The notes under the pieces are model-generated. The model made no database searches and was not told where the DNA came from. It saw only the letters and a list, made by a program, of their open reading frames with translations. This document shows, piece after piece, positions 9,527 through 18,931 of a DNA stretch of 64,000 nucleotides. The position numbers and the translations under genes were made by a program. The stretch covers positions 1,664,001 through 1,728,000 of the forward strand of contig CAWBEI010000002.1 in assembly GCA_963787835.1 (NCBI GenBank), read 5' to 3'. How positions within the stretch are numbered: position 1 is the stretch's first letter; each line of letters begins with the position of its first letter. Source of the stretch: Ignavibacteriota bacterium (GTDB lineage Bacteria > Bacteroidota > Ignavibacteria > Palsa-1295).

Positions 9527-9565
9527 AACGCGGCCACTTTTTAGAGGTGGCCGCGTTTTCCTTTT
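9527..9565 (+). terminator. Rho-independent terminator
   Basis: AACGCGGCCACTT...GAGGTGGCCGCGTT followed by a T-rich run. Confidence 0.65.
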
Positions 9566-9619
9566 TGAAACCTTTCTCCTGCCGGATGGTAGAATGAGCG
9601 AATATCATAGAATTTGACC

Positions 9620-10435
9620 ATGACTACACGAACTGCTACCCGAATTTCCGTCATTTTTCTTAGCCTCATTGCGTTCGCATCGATTACCCACGCCCAGCCG
9701 GCGACGCGCGTCGGTTATATCGACGCTGAAAAGCTTCTCAAGCGCATGCCGGAGGTCAAGGATGCCAATGCCCGCCTCGATCAGCTTACTTCAAGCTGGA
9801 CCAAAGAGGCTACCGACCTGCAGGCGGACATCGACCGCAAGCAAGCCGAATACGACCGCCGCAAGCTTATCATGACGGATGCCGAGCGCAACACCGCAGA
9901 TCTGGAGCTTACCAACCTCCACAAGAAACACGACGATTTTCTCCACTCGAAGTTCGACCAAAATGGCGGCGACCTGTTTGCGCAGGAGGCTGTGCTCATG
10001 AGGCCGGCCTACGATAAGCTTTCCGCAGCGATCAAGGAAGTTGCCGCCGATGGAAACTACGATTATGTGTTCGACCGCAGCTCGAAAGATGTGATCCTGC
10101 TCTACACCAACTCGAAGTTCGATCTCACGCTGCCGGTTGCAAGGAAGCTTGGTATCGAGTCGGAGCTATTGAGTACACCGCTTGTCAACAATGGGCCAAA
10201 AACGGGGACACCGCCAAAGGGGCAACCAACGCTTCCGGGGCAGAACCAGCCGGGTACTCAAAACTCTGGCTTTGGAAATCAAAATCCTGGAATTGGTACT
10301 CAAAATCCTGGGAACGGCAGCTTCGTACCCGGTCAGCCTGGAACTAATACTGGAGGGAGTAATCCGAATGGCAACAATCCGAACGGGAATAATCCTAATC
10401 CGCCCAACCCACCGATCCCAGGAAGCGGCCATTAA
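9620..10435 (+). CDS. skp: OmpH/Skp chaperone paralog with P/G/N/Q-rich C-terminal tail
   Basis: RVGYID...MPE; YDYVFDRS...LLY....DLT; the last ~80 aa are low complexity. Confidence 0.85.
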   Translation: MTTRTATRISVIFLSLIAFASITHAQPATRVGYIDAEKLLKRMPEVKDANARLDQLTSSWTKEATDLQADIDRKQAEYDRRKLIMTDAERNTADLELTNLHKKHDDFLHSKFDQNGGDLFAQEAVLMRPAYDKLSAAIKEVAADGNYDYVFDRSSKDVILLYTNSKFDLTLPVARKLGIESELLSTPLVNNGPKTGTPPKGQPTLPGQNQPGTQNSGFGNQNPGIGTQNPGNGSFVPGQPGTNTGGSNPNGNNPNGNNPNPPNPPIPGSGH

Positions 10436-10528
10436 GCCAGCGCATTGATTTCATCCTCTACCAGTAGCAAGTATTAGATGCAGAAATCGAATTAGGTATT
10501 GCTAACGGATGTTACCTCGGAAATCTAT

Positions 10529-11350
10529 ATGACCGATAAACAATCAAGTGTGCCACCACCGAATTCGATGGGAGAGAGCCGTGCCGTTCCGCCACGGAAT
10601 GCCACTGGTTTGGAACTGCTTGGAGGACTGTGGCTTTTCTCGATGCGGTTTCTCCGAACGCTGGGACGTCCGCCGTATGAATTCAAGGAGATCGTTCGCC
10701 AGCTGTATGCCACAGGGTTCCGGTCGCTTTCGTTGGTGACGGTGGTTGGGGTGGTGATCGGGGCGGTGCTTACGATGCAAAGCCGCCCGACGATGATAAA
10801 ATTCGGAGCGGAAGCATTCATTCCCACCATGGTGGCGATCAGCGTGATGCGGGAACTGTCTCCGGTGCTCATCTCTGTGATCCTTGCGGGCCGTGTGGGA
10901 GCCGGGATCGGAGCCGAGTTAGGCTCGATGCGCGCCAGTGAACAGATCGATGCCATGGATGTCGCCGCGCTCGATCCCTATAAATTGCTCGTGTTCACCA
11001 GGGTGGTCGCGTGTATGATCGCACTACCGATCCTGACCATCTATGCGGATTTCCTTGCGTTGATCGGTTCCTGGATCATCGAGAACGTCGAGGCCGGTAT
11101 GACGATGAGCCGGTATATCACTCGCGTGGTCCAGGGTGTCGAGTTCTCCGATTACTTGCCGGGGATTGCCAAAACGATCTTTTTCGGATTTACGATCGGC
11201 ATTGTCGGTTGTTATGAAGGTTACCACTCGACCGGCGGTACCGAAGGCGTTGGAAGATCGGCAACGGATGCCGCCGTTACCAGCTCGCTGCTTATTATCT
11301 TGCTCGATGTTCTGTTCGTCAAGATCACCTTTATGATCTGGCCTAGTTGA
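10529..11350 (+). CDS. mlaE: MlaE family ABC transporter permease
   Basis: RELSPV...AGRVGAGIGAELGSM...EQIDAM; GGTEGVGRSAT. Confidence 0.92.
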   Translation: MTDKQSSVPPPNSMGESRAVPPRNATGLELLGGLWLFSMRFLRTLGRPPYEFKEIVRQLYATGFRSLSLVTVVGVVIGAVLTMQSRPTMIKFGAEAFIPTMVAISVMRELSPVLISVILAGRVGAGIGAELGSMRASEQIDAMDVAALDPYKLLVFTRVVACMIALPILTIYADFLALIGSWIIENVEAGMTMSRYITRVVQGVEFSDYLPGIAKTIFFGFTIGIVGCYEGYHSTGGTEGVGRSATDAAVTSSLLIILLDVLFVKITFMIWPS

Positions 11351-11356
11351 TCCTTT

Positions 11357-12229
11357 ATGCGCTTTCACTCTTTAAAAAAGATACCCAAGATCGAGCGCAG
11401 CGCTCCTGACGACGCTCCGGTGTTGCGCGTCGAGAATGTAAGCATTGCGTTCGATCATCCCGTGCTGCGTGGTGTTTCGATCGACGTGCATCGGGGCGAG
11501 ACGGTTGCCGTGATGGGAAAGAGCGGGACTGGAAAGAGCGTTTTGCTCAAGCTCATTGTTGGGCTTATCCATCCGGATTCCGGTAAGATCTTTTATCACG
11601 ATAAAGACGTGACTGACCTGAAAGAAACTGCGTTGATGGCCTTTCGATCCGACGTCGGGTTCGTATTTCAAGGCGCAGCGCTCTTTGACTCGATGACGGT
11701 GGGCGAGAATCTCGATCTTTTTCTGATCAAGCATACCGATATGGAGCCGGACGAACGCGAACAAAAGATCATGGAAACACTCGAATTGGTCGACTTGCGA
11801 GATGCCGTCGATAAAATGCCATCGGAACTATCCGGCGGCATGAAAAAACGGGCTGGCCTGGCGCGCTCTATTGTCATCGAGCCAGGACTGATGCTCTATG
11901 ACGAACCAACGACCGGGCTTGACCCGCTCACCGCCGCATCGATCGCTGAAGAAATTTTGACATTACAACAACGCTTGGGCATTGCATCTATTGTCGTCAC
12001 GCACGATCTTCCAACGGCCTTTACCGTTGCCGACCGCGCGGTAGTACTGAACGAGGGGCTTGTCGTGTTTGCGGGAACGCTTCCGGAACTGGCGTCCTCC
12101 AGCGACCCGTTCCTTCATGAATATCTGGGAGCTTCGCGGCTGGATAGAACTCGCCACGATCAGATCCTGCAACGGGTATCGACCGAGGTGGAACAGACTG
12201 CTGCGCCACGCATAAACGCCATTGCTTAA
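11357..12229 (+). CDS. mlaF: MlaF family ABC ATPase
   Basis: GKSGTGKS, FQGAALFDSMTV, LSGGMKKR, YDEPTTGLDP. Confidence 0.92.
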   Translation: MRFHSLKKIPKIERSAPDDAPVLRVENVSIAFDHPVLRGVSIDVHRGETVAVMGKSGTGKSVLLKLIVGLIHPDSGKIFYHDKDVTDLKETALMAFRSDVGFVFQGAALFDSMTVGENLDLFLIKHTDMEPDEREQKIMETLELVDLRDAVDKMPSELSGGMKKRAGLARSIVIEPGLMLYDEPTTGLDPLTAASIAEEILTLQQRLGIASIVVTHDLPTAFTVADRAVVLNEGLVVFAGTLPELASSSDPFLHEYLGASRLDRTRHDQILQRVSTEVEQTAAPRINAIA

Positions 12230-12259
12230 CGATCTTTACGAATAACTCATAACACGCGA

Positions 12260-13243
12260 ATGAAACGCAAAGCTATTCCGCTTTTTCGAATTGGTATGTT
12301 CGTGCTGGCCGCGTTCATTGTGCTGATCGTCTGCATTTTCTATTTGGGAAATAAAGAGAAGATGTTCTCTTCCACCTCTCTGGTGATCGCACACTTCCAG
12401 ACGGTGAGCAATCTGCAGCGCGGCGCGGAGATTGATATGGCGGGAATTAATGTCGGCAGCGTGCAGGATATTCGGCTTCCAAGCAACTCCCGCGACTCCG
12501 TCGTAGTAACGATGAAGGTTATCACCGATGCGCTCAAGCTCATTCATACCGATTCCAGGGCGCTGATTACTACACAAGGGCTTATTGGCGATAAGGTTGT
12601 TTTTATCACGATGGGCGGGGATAGTGCGCCACCGATCGAACCGGGTGGTCTGTTGCGCGGGCAGGCGCCGCAGGATTTCACCAAGATCTACGATACACTC
12701 ACCGCGACGGTGGTGCAATTAGATTCCGTTGCCATTGCGGCGACGAATCTGGTGCGCCTGATGGCCTCCGGCAATGGAACCATTGGCAAGCTCGTCAACG
12801 ATAGTTCCTTGTATCTGAATGCGAACCAGATGGTCGTGAGTGCGCGGAACGTGATGGATACCGCGCGCATGGCGGTGGGGCATATTTCCGGCAGTGTCGA
12901 TAAACTTTCCGGCGAGATCGATTCTATTACCGGAAGGATCAACCGCGGGGAAGGCTCGATCGGGAAGTTCCTGACGAAAGATGAGATCTATGACAATGCC
13001 AAGAAGGCAACCGATAACATTGTGGCTTCGAGCTACACGCTGAACGATGCGCTGGCCAAGCTTGCGCTTGGTTCCGGACGCTTTGCCGAAGTGATGGAAG
13101 GATTGAAGCACAATTTCCTCGTCAAAGGATATTTCGAAGATCGCGGGTATTGGGACGCGCCGGAATTCGAGCTGACGATCGACCGCAAGATCGATTCCCT
13201 GAATAAGCTACGCCAACAGATCGAAAACCAACAGAGCCGATAG
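12260..13243 (+). CDS. mlaD: MlaD/MCE family protein
   Basis: N-terminal TM, MCE domain (L..GA.I.MAGINVGSV, TQGLIGDK), helical region with G.GTIGKL repeats. Confidence 0.9.
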   Translation: MKRKAIPLFRIGMFVLAAFIVLIVCIFYLGNKEKMFSSTSLVIAHFQTVSNLQRGAEIDMAGINVGSVQDIRLPSNSRDSVVVTMKVITDALKLIHTDSRALITTQGLIGDKVVFITMGGDSAPPIEPGGLLRGQAPQDFTKIYDTLTATVVQLDSVAIAATNLVRLMASGNGTIGKLVNDSSLYLNANQMVVSARNVMDTARMAVGHISGSVDKLSGEIDSITGRINRGEGSIGKFLTKDEIYDNAKKATDNIVASSYTLNDALAKLALGSGRFAEVMEGLKHNFLVKGYFEDRGYWDAPEFELTIDRKIDSLNKLRQQIENQQSR

Positions 13244-13285
13244 CGTTTCCCTGGGATAGGTTCCCGTGTAACTCTCAACGGGCTA

Positions 13286-14062
13286 TCACGGCAGCGCGCC
13301 AATTTCGAGGCCGGCGCTCCATCCGGAAGTTCCGCCGTTGCCAATTTCCGTCCAGCCGGAAAGAGAGAGACCGATCCACGATGCAATTTTCCAAACCATG
13401 TGAATCGAGAGTGGGACTGTGACGCTCACTTCCGACTCGACTGTGGCGTTATACTGATAATACGTCTCGGAACTCGGAATGGGAATAAATAAGAATAAGA
13501 AATAGCCTGGCTGCGTGATCTGGTAGCAATTGCTATAATGTACGTAATTCCTTGACACTGCTGCTACACCAATGGATGGAGTGACCACAACCGAGTTATT
13601 GAAAATTCTTATAATTCTTCCAGCGGTTAACGAATATTCGTCGATCCCGTCCAGGCTGGTTGGGAATGGGGCTATGGGTGAACTGGTAGGCCCTCCGGAT
13701 GAAACCCACAATAAGCCGCCTTCAAGTGAAGAAGTAGGCCTTCCCTGCCCACCATACGAGCGGTAGTCCCCCTGAAGTACCCACTCGCCGAAACCGATAT
13801 CGAAGCCAAGATCGGTCTGAAATTTCGGCGTCGAGGCAGTACCAAATTCGCTTCGAACTCCCAGAAAGAATTTTTCTGGTTGTGTTCCATCGAGCGGTAA
13901 GCCAAGATTTACGGCTGTGTCAGCAGTGTACTGAAGTTGAAAAACAACGGATGTATCTGATAGAAATGGCCCGCTTGGTGCCGTTGATTGCGCTCTCAGG
14001 GCTTGGTTTTGGAGGGAAATGGCTCCCAAAACCGCAAATAGAATTGATGCTGAAGTTTTCAT
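13286..14062 (-). CDS. Hypothetical exported / outer-membrane protein
   Basis: Signal peptide MKTSAS...LRAQ; beta-strand-like alternating pattern near the C-terminus. Confidence 0.55.
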   Translation of the reverse strand: MKTSASILFAVLGAISLQNQALRAQSTAPSGPFLSDTSVVFQLQYTADTAVNLGLPLDGTQPEKFFLGVRSEFGTASTPKFQTDLGFDIGFGEWVLQGDYRSYGGQGRPTSSLEGGLLWVSSGGPTSSPIAPFPTSLDGIDEYSLTAGRIIRIFNNSVVVTPSIGVAAVSRNYVHYSNCYQITQPGYFLFLFIPIPSSETYYQYNATVESEVSVTVPLSIHMVWKIASWIGLSLSGWTEIGNGGTSGWSAGLEIGALP

Positions 14063-14128
14063 GACGTGTTTCACAAAAAGAATAGATCGATTTCGCGATA
14101 CAAAAATGGCGAATGGCAAGACACGAGT

Positions 14129-14166
14129 TGTCACCAACTCTTCTGAAAAATGTCAAAAAAATGTCA
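14129..14166. promoter_or_regulatory. 11-bp-periodic TGTCA direct repeats (OmpR/PhoB-type box)
   Basis: TGTCA at 14129, 14151 and 14162 (offsets 0, 22, 33), upstream of the 14062 start and just downstream of the response regulator gene. Confidence 0.5.
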
Positions 14167-14223
14167 CGTCTCTGCAGAGAGACCGTAGAGGAAATTCAAT
14201 TCGGCAGGCTCAATCAGGCCACC

Positions 14224-14904
14224 CTACTTCACAAACTTATATCCACTGGTATGCACCGTCAAAAGGTGCTTTGGATTTGATGAATTATCCTCGATCTTTT
14301 TTCGAATGGAGAGAATATAGTTATCGACGGTGCGAGTCGTGGGGAAGACATCGTAGCCCCACACCTCGTTGAGGAGCTTGTCGCGGTCGAGCACGTGTCC
14401 TTCATGCTCGAAAAACAATTTCATGATCTGAAATTCTTTTGCGGAGAATTTAAGAGGGTTTTTATTCTTAAAAGCTTCTTGTTTCTTGAAATCAAAATGA
14501 AGATCGCCAAAGGAAGCTTCTTCGATTCCTTTTTTCAATTCCTGCGTTCGTCGCAGCAGCGCTTTGACGCGCGCTTTGAGTTCCCTCATACTGAACGGCT
14601 TGGTCATGTAATCGTCGGCGCCGACCTCCAAGCCGAGCACTTTGTCGATCTCATCCGATTTGCTGGTTAACATCATCACCAGTGTATTGATATCGGCTTT
14701 GCGGAGTTCGCCGCAAATTTCCAAGCCATCTTTTCCGGGAAGCATGATGTCGAGCAAGATAAGATCGATGGATGGACTCTTGGCTTGCTTGAATCCTTCA
14801 ATGCCATCGGATGCCGTAAAGACCTCGTAATTATCTTCCGTGAGTCCGGCTTCCAGTGCGAGCCGAATGGCGGGGTCATCTTCAACCACTAATATTCTTT
14901 TCAT
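14224..14904 (-). CDS. OmpR/PhoB family response regulator
   Basis: ILVVEDD, LLDIMLPGKDG, GADDYMTKPF; winged helix TRTVDNYI..IRKKIE. Confidence 0.95.
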   Translation of the reverse strand: MKRILVVEDDPAIRLALEAGLTEDNYEVFTASDGIEGFKQAKSPSIDLILLDIMLPGKDGLEICGELRKADINTLVMMLTSKSDEIDKVLGLEVGADDYMTKPFSMRELKARVKALLRRTQELKKGIEEASFGDLHFDFKKQEAFKNKNPLKFSAKEFQIMKLFFEHEGHVLDRDKLLNEVWGYDVFPTTRTVDNYILSIRKKIEDNSSNPKHLLTVHTSGYKFVK

Positions 14905-17341
14905 ACTGCAATCAATGGAAAGTATAATGCAAAAATACTACCGTTTCCAACTTCGCTCGTCACTTCGACTTTTCCGTGATGCGCCTCCATGGTATGTTTT
15001 ACCAGCGAAAGCCCAATGCCCGCGCCGCCTGCCGCTTTCATTGTGGGATCGTTAATGCGGTAAAACGATTCAAAAATATGTTCCATTTCGTTAGGCGCAA
15101 TGCCATAGCCTTCATCCTGGACAGATAGAATCCCAAAATCGTTCTCCGATTTTGTTCGGATAGTGATGTGTTTCCTGTCCGGCGGTGAATATTTCATCGC
15201 ATTCGAGATCAGATTTGTGACCGCATCGAAAATAGCGTCATGATCGGCCTCGATCAATAGCGGGGCCGTCGAAAGGACCGCTTGTAACTCGAATCCATGG
15301 GAGGCGATCTGGTAGTTCAGCGAACGAAGAACGTCCCTTGCGATCTCATTCATGTTCCATGTTTTAAATGTATAATCCTTCGTGCCTTTTTCGATCTTCG
15401 CGAAGTCAAGAACATTCGTGATGAGCCGCGCAAGCCGATCGGATTCCCCCTCGATGATGGACAAATATTCGATGGTTTTTTGTCGTGGGAGATCTTCGTG
15501 ATCTTTCATCAGTTCCGCAAAAAGCCGAATAGAAGTGAGCGGCGTTTTAAGATCGTGCGAAACGCTGGAAACAAAGTACGATTTCAATTGGCTGAGTTCG
15601 GCCAGCCGCTCGGATTCTGCATGTTCAAGCACAAGCGCGTATTCCACATTGAGCCGTTCCAGTGCCAGCCCTGTTTGCGCGCTTATGGAACTAAGTAAAG
15701 AAATATCCTCGACGACAAAGCGCGTGCCGGAAAGTTTTTCACCCAGCACGAGAAAGCCCAGAATCTTTCGATTGGAGGAAAGCATTGGCAGGATCAACAC
15801 CATGCCCCAACGCGTAAATACTTCGCGGTCGGCGAGCTCGTATTCGATTCCCGGTTCGATCGCATCTTCCAGCGCAACAGGCAGTTCAAGCCCGGTCTTT
15901 AGATCGCTTGTTTTGAGGTGAACATGGCGGCGCTCCAGAAGATCGAAATTTCGGTGGGCAAGAAGTCGTAACCGATCGGATGGATCTTCCACGATAAAAA
16001 ACCCTATCTTGGCGATTGGGATAAGTGTGCCAATATTTTCGACGACCAGATCGGCAAGTCCTTGCTTGGTATTTATGAACTTTAATTTTTCGACAATGCT
16101 GCGCTGTGCCTCGTGAAAATTATAGGAAACTCGGAAGAATTTCTTATCGATATATTTTTGGGTTCTCCTTCGTAATGGATCGAAAAGCAACGCAATAAAT
16201 ACCGCGCCAATAATATTTGGCAGAGTCGAGGGAAGGCCCATGGCAAGGACCAATTGCGTAAAAAGTGCTACAATGCCGAGATAGACAACGAGAAGAACCG
16301 TGATCACAAACGTATAGACGGTGCTGCGCTGTAAGAATAGATCGATGTCGAATACTTTGAACCGGATAATGGCAATTGCAAAGCTCAGGGGGGCGACCGC
16401 CGAAAGAAGAATGGCAAATTGCTCATCCAAATTCTTTCCGATCAGCAGCTTCGGGATCGTATTGAGAACTAAATAGGCACTTGCGCCGAACACGACTCCA
16501 AAAAATATCCAACGGAGCTTGCGGCGTTCAAACTCGGAGGTAGTCGTACGGTACGCATGCAGCAAAATCGCAAATCCCACGATAAACAGTGCAGCAAAAA
16601 AAATAAGCGTTGTGTAATTGGCTGCGCCATACGCTCCATAACGATCCAGACGCACCGATGGATAGGCCGCATGAAGAAATGTGATCGAAGACCAAACCGT
16701 AATGATGGCAGCAATGAAATAGGCCGGAATAAGAAATGTTTTCTTATAACGGAATCGATCCTTTGGGAAGATAAGCGTGAAATGCAGAAAGAGCACCGGT
16801 ACGACGACGTAAGAGATAAGAAAAACTATTTCAAGGACGTATCCTAAGCCGTAGGGAGCAACAGTAAATCTGCCAGTCGTTACCACGATCAATGCAGCGA
16901 TAGCAACCGCTAAGTGATGAAAGACGTGGGCAGCCGTATCACGCTTTTGCAAGAGGATTACGGCAATTCCCGTCAAAAAGAATATCAGTGCAGCAAGAGA
17001 CTCGATAATAATCTTGGATGCAGGGTAATCCGTTATTAAAGCGATGGGAACGGTAATCGCATGTCCCTCTCGCTGTATCAACGTCGGGATCGTTTCACCG
17101 ATCGCCGCTTGATCGCAAAGGAACTCGATCTCATCCGCTGAAGACACCCGCTGGCCGGCGACCTCGATGACCGTATCACCGGATTTTAAAAGCGGGGTGT
17201 TGGCAGAGCTAATGACCAGTGCTTGCCCTTTTGCTTCCGTGCTTGCGGGAAATCCTGCTTTCTCGGACAGCCGATAGACTCCGAGCCGCACAGCGCGAGG
17301 ACGAGAATATCGATAACGAGAATAAGGGACGTTTGGCGCAT
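14901..17341 (-). CDS. Multi-TM sensor histidine kinase with PDZ-like and GAF domains; probable 1-nt frameshift near the 5' end
   Basis: H-box SHDLKTPLTSI, N-box NLISNAMKYS, G-boxes DEGYGI and GAGIGL. The hydrophobic N-terminus MRQTSLILVIDILVLALC (ATG 17341) is out of frame with the rest. Confidence 0.88.
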
Positions 17342-17697
17342 CTATTCGGGAAGCATCAAATACGATAGTCGTGAAGACGTTGGGGTGGTTGGGGTCTTTT
17401 CTACTCAATCACATACCGTATCAATTCATTCCCGTGCCGAGGAAGTCAGGTTTTATCTTTTTCAGAAGCGGTAACGGCTTTACAAACAACAGTAATACAC
17501 CAAACTTGAAACCTGCGACTGTTCCATCGCAAGATCGATTCCCTGAACAAGCTCCGCCAACAGATCGAAAACCAACAGAACGCGAAAACGCCGCATTAAT
17601 GATGAAATGAAAGTCATTAAAGTTCGAATTCGGTAACTTTCGAGTTGGGCAAGTGTTATTGTTATTGTAATTGTAACTTTTTCTTTGGAGATGAAGT

Positions 17698-18153
17698 ATG
17701 AAACGGCTTCTTACATTATTCATTTTTTTGATCGCCGGGTGTAGCGGGCCCACGAGTAATTCAAGTAACCCACCGCCGCCGGGGTGGGTTGCCAATATTC
17801 AACCAGGGAAATTCGCAGGGATTTGGAAGCTGGGCACGGTCGTCGATAGTTGTACGGCCAACGTGACGGAAGCCGATTCAATTCTCAGAGCTTCGGTCAG
17901 TAATCGGCGAACCGGGGAAGCCTTAACCCTTACTGGCGGATTAACGGTGTCTACGGCCAGTTCGGATATACGGCCTTATTTTCATGGCTTTGTTGTGACC
18001 GACAGCAGCAGTTTTTATGGTGACACTGATTTGGCACCAAGAGATCCTTTTGAGATAGACGCTATTTGTACTTTTTCCTATAATACAGATACTTTATTTT
18101 ATTCCACGAAACGTGGGACTGATTCATTATTCATAACTTGTATCCGTTCATAA
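17698..18153 (+). CDS. Hypothetical lipoprotein
   Basis: MKRLLTLFIFLIAGC lipobox. Confidence 0.7.
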   Translation: MKRLLTLFIFLIAGCSGPTSNSSNPPPPGWVANIQPGKFAGIWKLGTVVDSCTANVTEADSILRASVSNRRTGEALTLTGGLTVSTASSDIRPYFHGFVVTDSSSFYGDTDLAPRDPFEIDAICTFSYNTDTLFYSTKRGTDSLFITCIRS

Positions 18154-18349
18154 AGCGCGTAGGTCGAGCGTCCTCGCTCGACACAAAGGGAACTGTGCCT
18201 ATTCGTAAACAATTCACATGTTCCAATCTTTATGAAATGGTTTTTGCCACAAACTATTGCAGTGCGCGCCCTTCGTGCACATGGTGAAGTAACAGCACAA
18301 AGTAGTTCCACTGCGCAGTGTCGAGCGAGGACGCTCGACCTACGCGCTT
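18153..18349. repeat. GTAG-type REP doublet (REPIN/MITE-like), copy 1
   Basis: ~31-bp terminal inverted repeats AGCGCGTAGGTCGAGCGTCCTCGCTCGACAC around a ~135-bp core; near-identical inverted copy at 33447-33641. Confidence 0.85.
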
Positions 18350-18415
18350 GTACCGTTATCTGATGAGCCTTACTATTCCGTAAGTCCCCAAAATAATTTT
18401 ATTTTTTCGTTTTAC

Positions 18416-18444
18416 TTGCATTCGGCTTGTGGGTGTCGTATATT
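18416..18444 (+). promoter_or_regulatory. Sigma70-type promoter of the duplicated unit, copy 1
   Basis: TTGCAT-17 bp-TATATT; the hexamers are retained in copy 2 while the spacer has diverged. Confidence 0.65.
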
Positions 18445-18548
18445 AGGTGGTGAGATGATGGGCACCTGTATCAATTTTCAATTAAGAATGGAGAGTTAAG
18501 AATAGGGTGCTCAGTGGCTCATTGAAAATGGAAGCGGTATGTTTCATT

Positions 18549-18680
18549 ATGAACGAGTTCTTTAGGAAGTGGCATTATGAATACCTGTTGGAACAAATGT
18601 GCGAAATTGGCTCAAATTCGAGGGTGGCGCAGGGACCATCGGGAACTCAGCAAGAAAAAGAAATGGCACCTATTTCCTGA
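18549..18680 (+). CDS. Candidate small protein (43 aa) in the duplicated unit, copy 1
   Basis: MNEFFRKWHYEYLLEQMCEIGSNSRVAQGPSGTQQEKEMAPIS; the frame is preserved in the second copy. Could instead be non-coding. Confidence 0.4.
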   Translation: MNEFFRKWHYEYLLEQMCEIGSNSRVAQGPSGTQQEKEMAPIS

Positions 18681-18691
18681 AGAAAGGATAG

Positions 18692-18763
18692 TGACCCCTA
18701 CGGGATTCGAACCCGTTCAGCCACCGTGAAAGGGTGGTGACCTAACCATTAGTCGAAGGGGCC
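18692..18763 (-). tRNA. tRNA-Glu(TTC)
   Basis: GGCCCCTTCGACTAATGGTTAGGTCACCACC-CTTTCAC-GGTGGCTGAACGGGTTCGAATCCCGTAGGGGTCA cloverleaf. Confidence 0.95.
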
Positions 18764-18931
18764 TAATTTTCAATGAAGAATTAACAATTACGAATTAAGA
18801 ATGCTCAAATCGAAATTGCGGGGAGTAAAGCCGGAGAGGCGTTCTATTGTTCCTCTTTGCATCGATTCTTGTAATAATATCAAAAACGAAGCGTTCAGGT
18901 TCAACGTTAAGCTCGTCTTAATCATCACCAG

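Noticed and set aside
17342-17408. ORF-track N-terminal extension of the sensor kinase (MSRKDPNHP...)
   Set aside because: Hydrophilic with a TTG start; better explained by the frameshifted ATG 17341 start.
17582-17601. 20-mer CATTAATGCGGCGTTTTCGC shared (inverted) with 38382-38401
   Set aside because: The match does not extend on either side and no structure or function can be supported; possibly a repeat remnant.
18099-18311. 70-aa ORF and its 99-aa twin at 33484-33783
   Set aside because: They lie within the REP doublet and overlap neighbouring genes antisense; their similarity reflects the repeat, not coding constraint.
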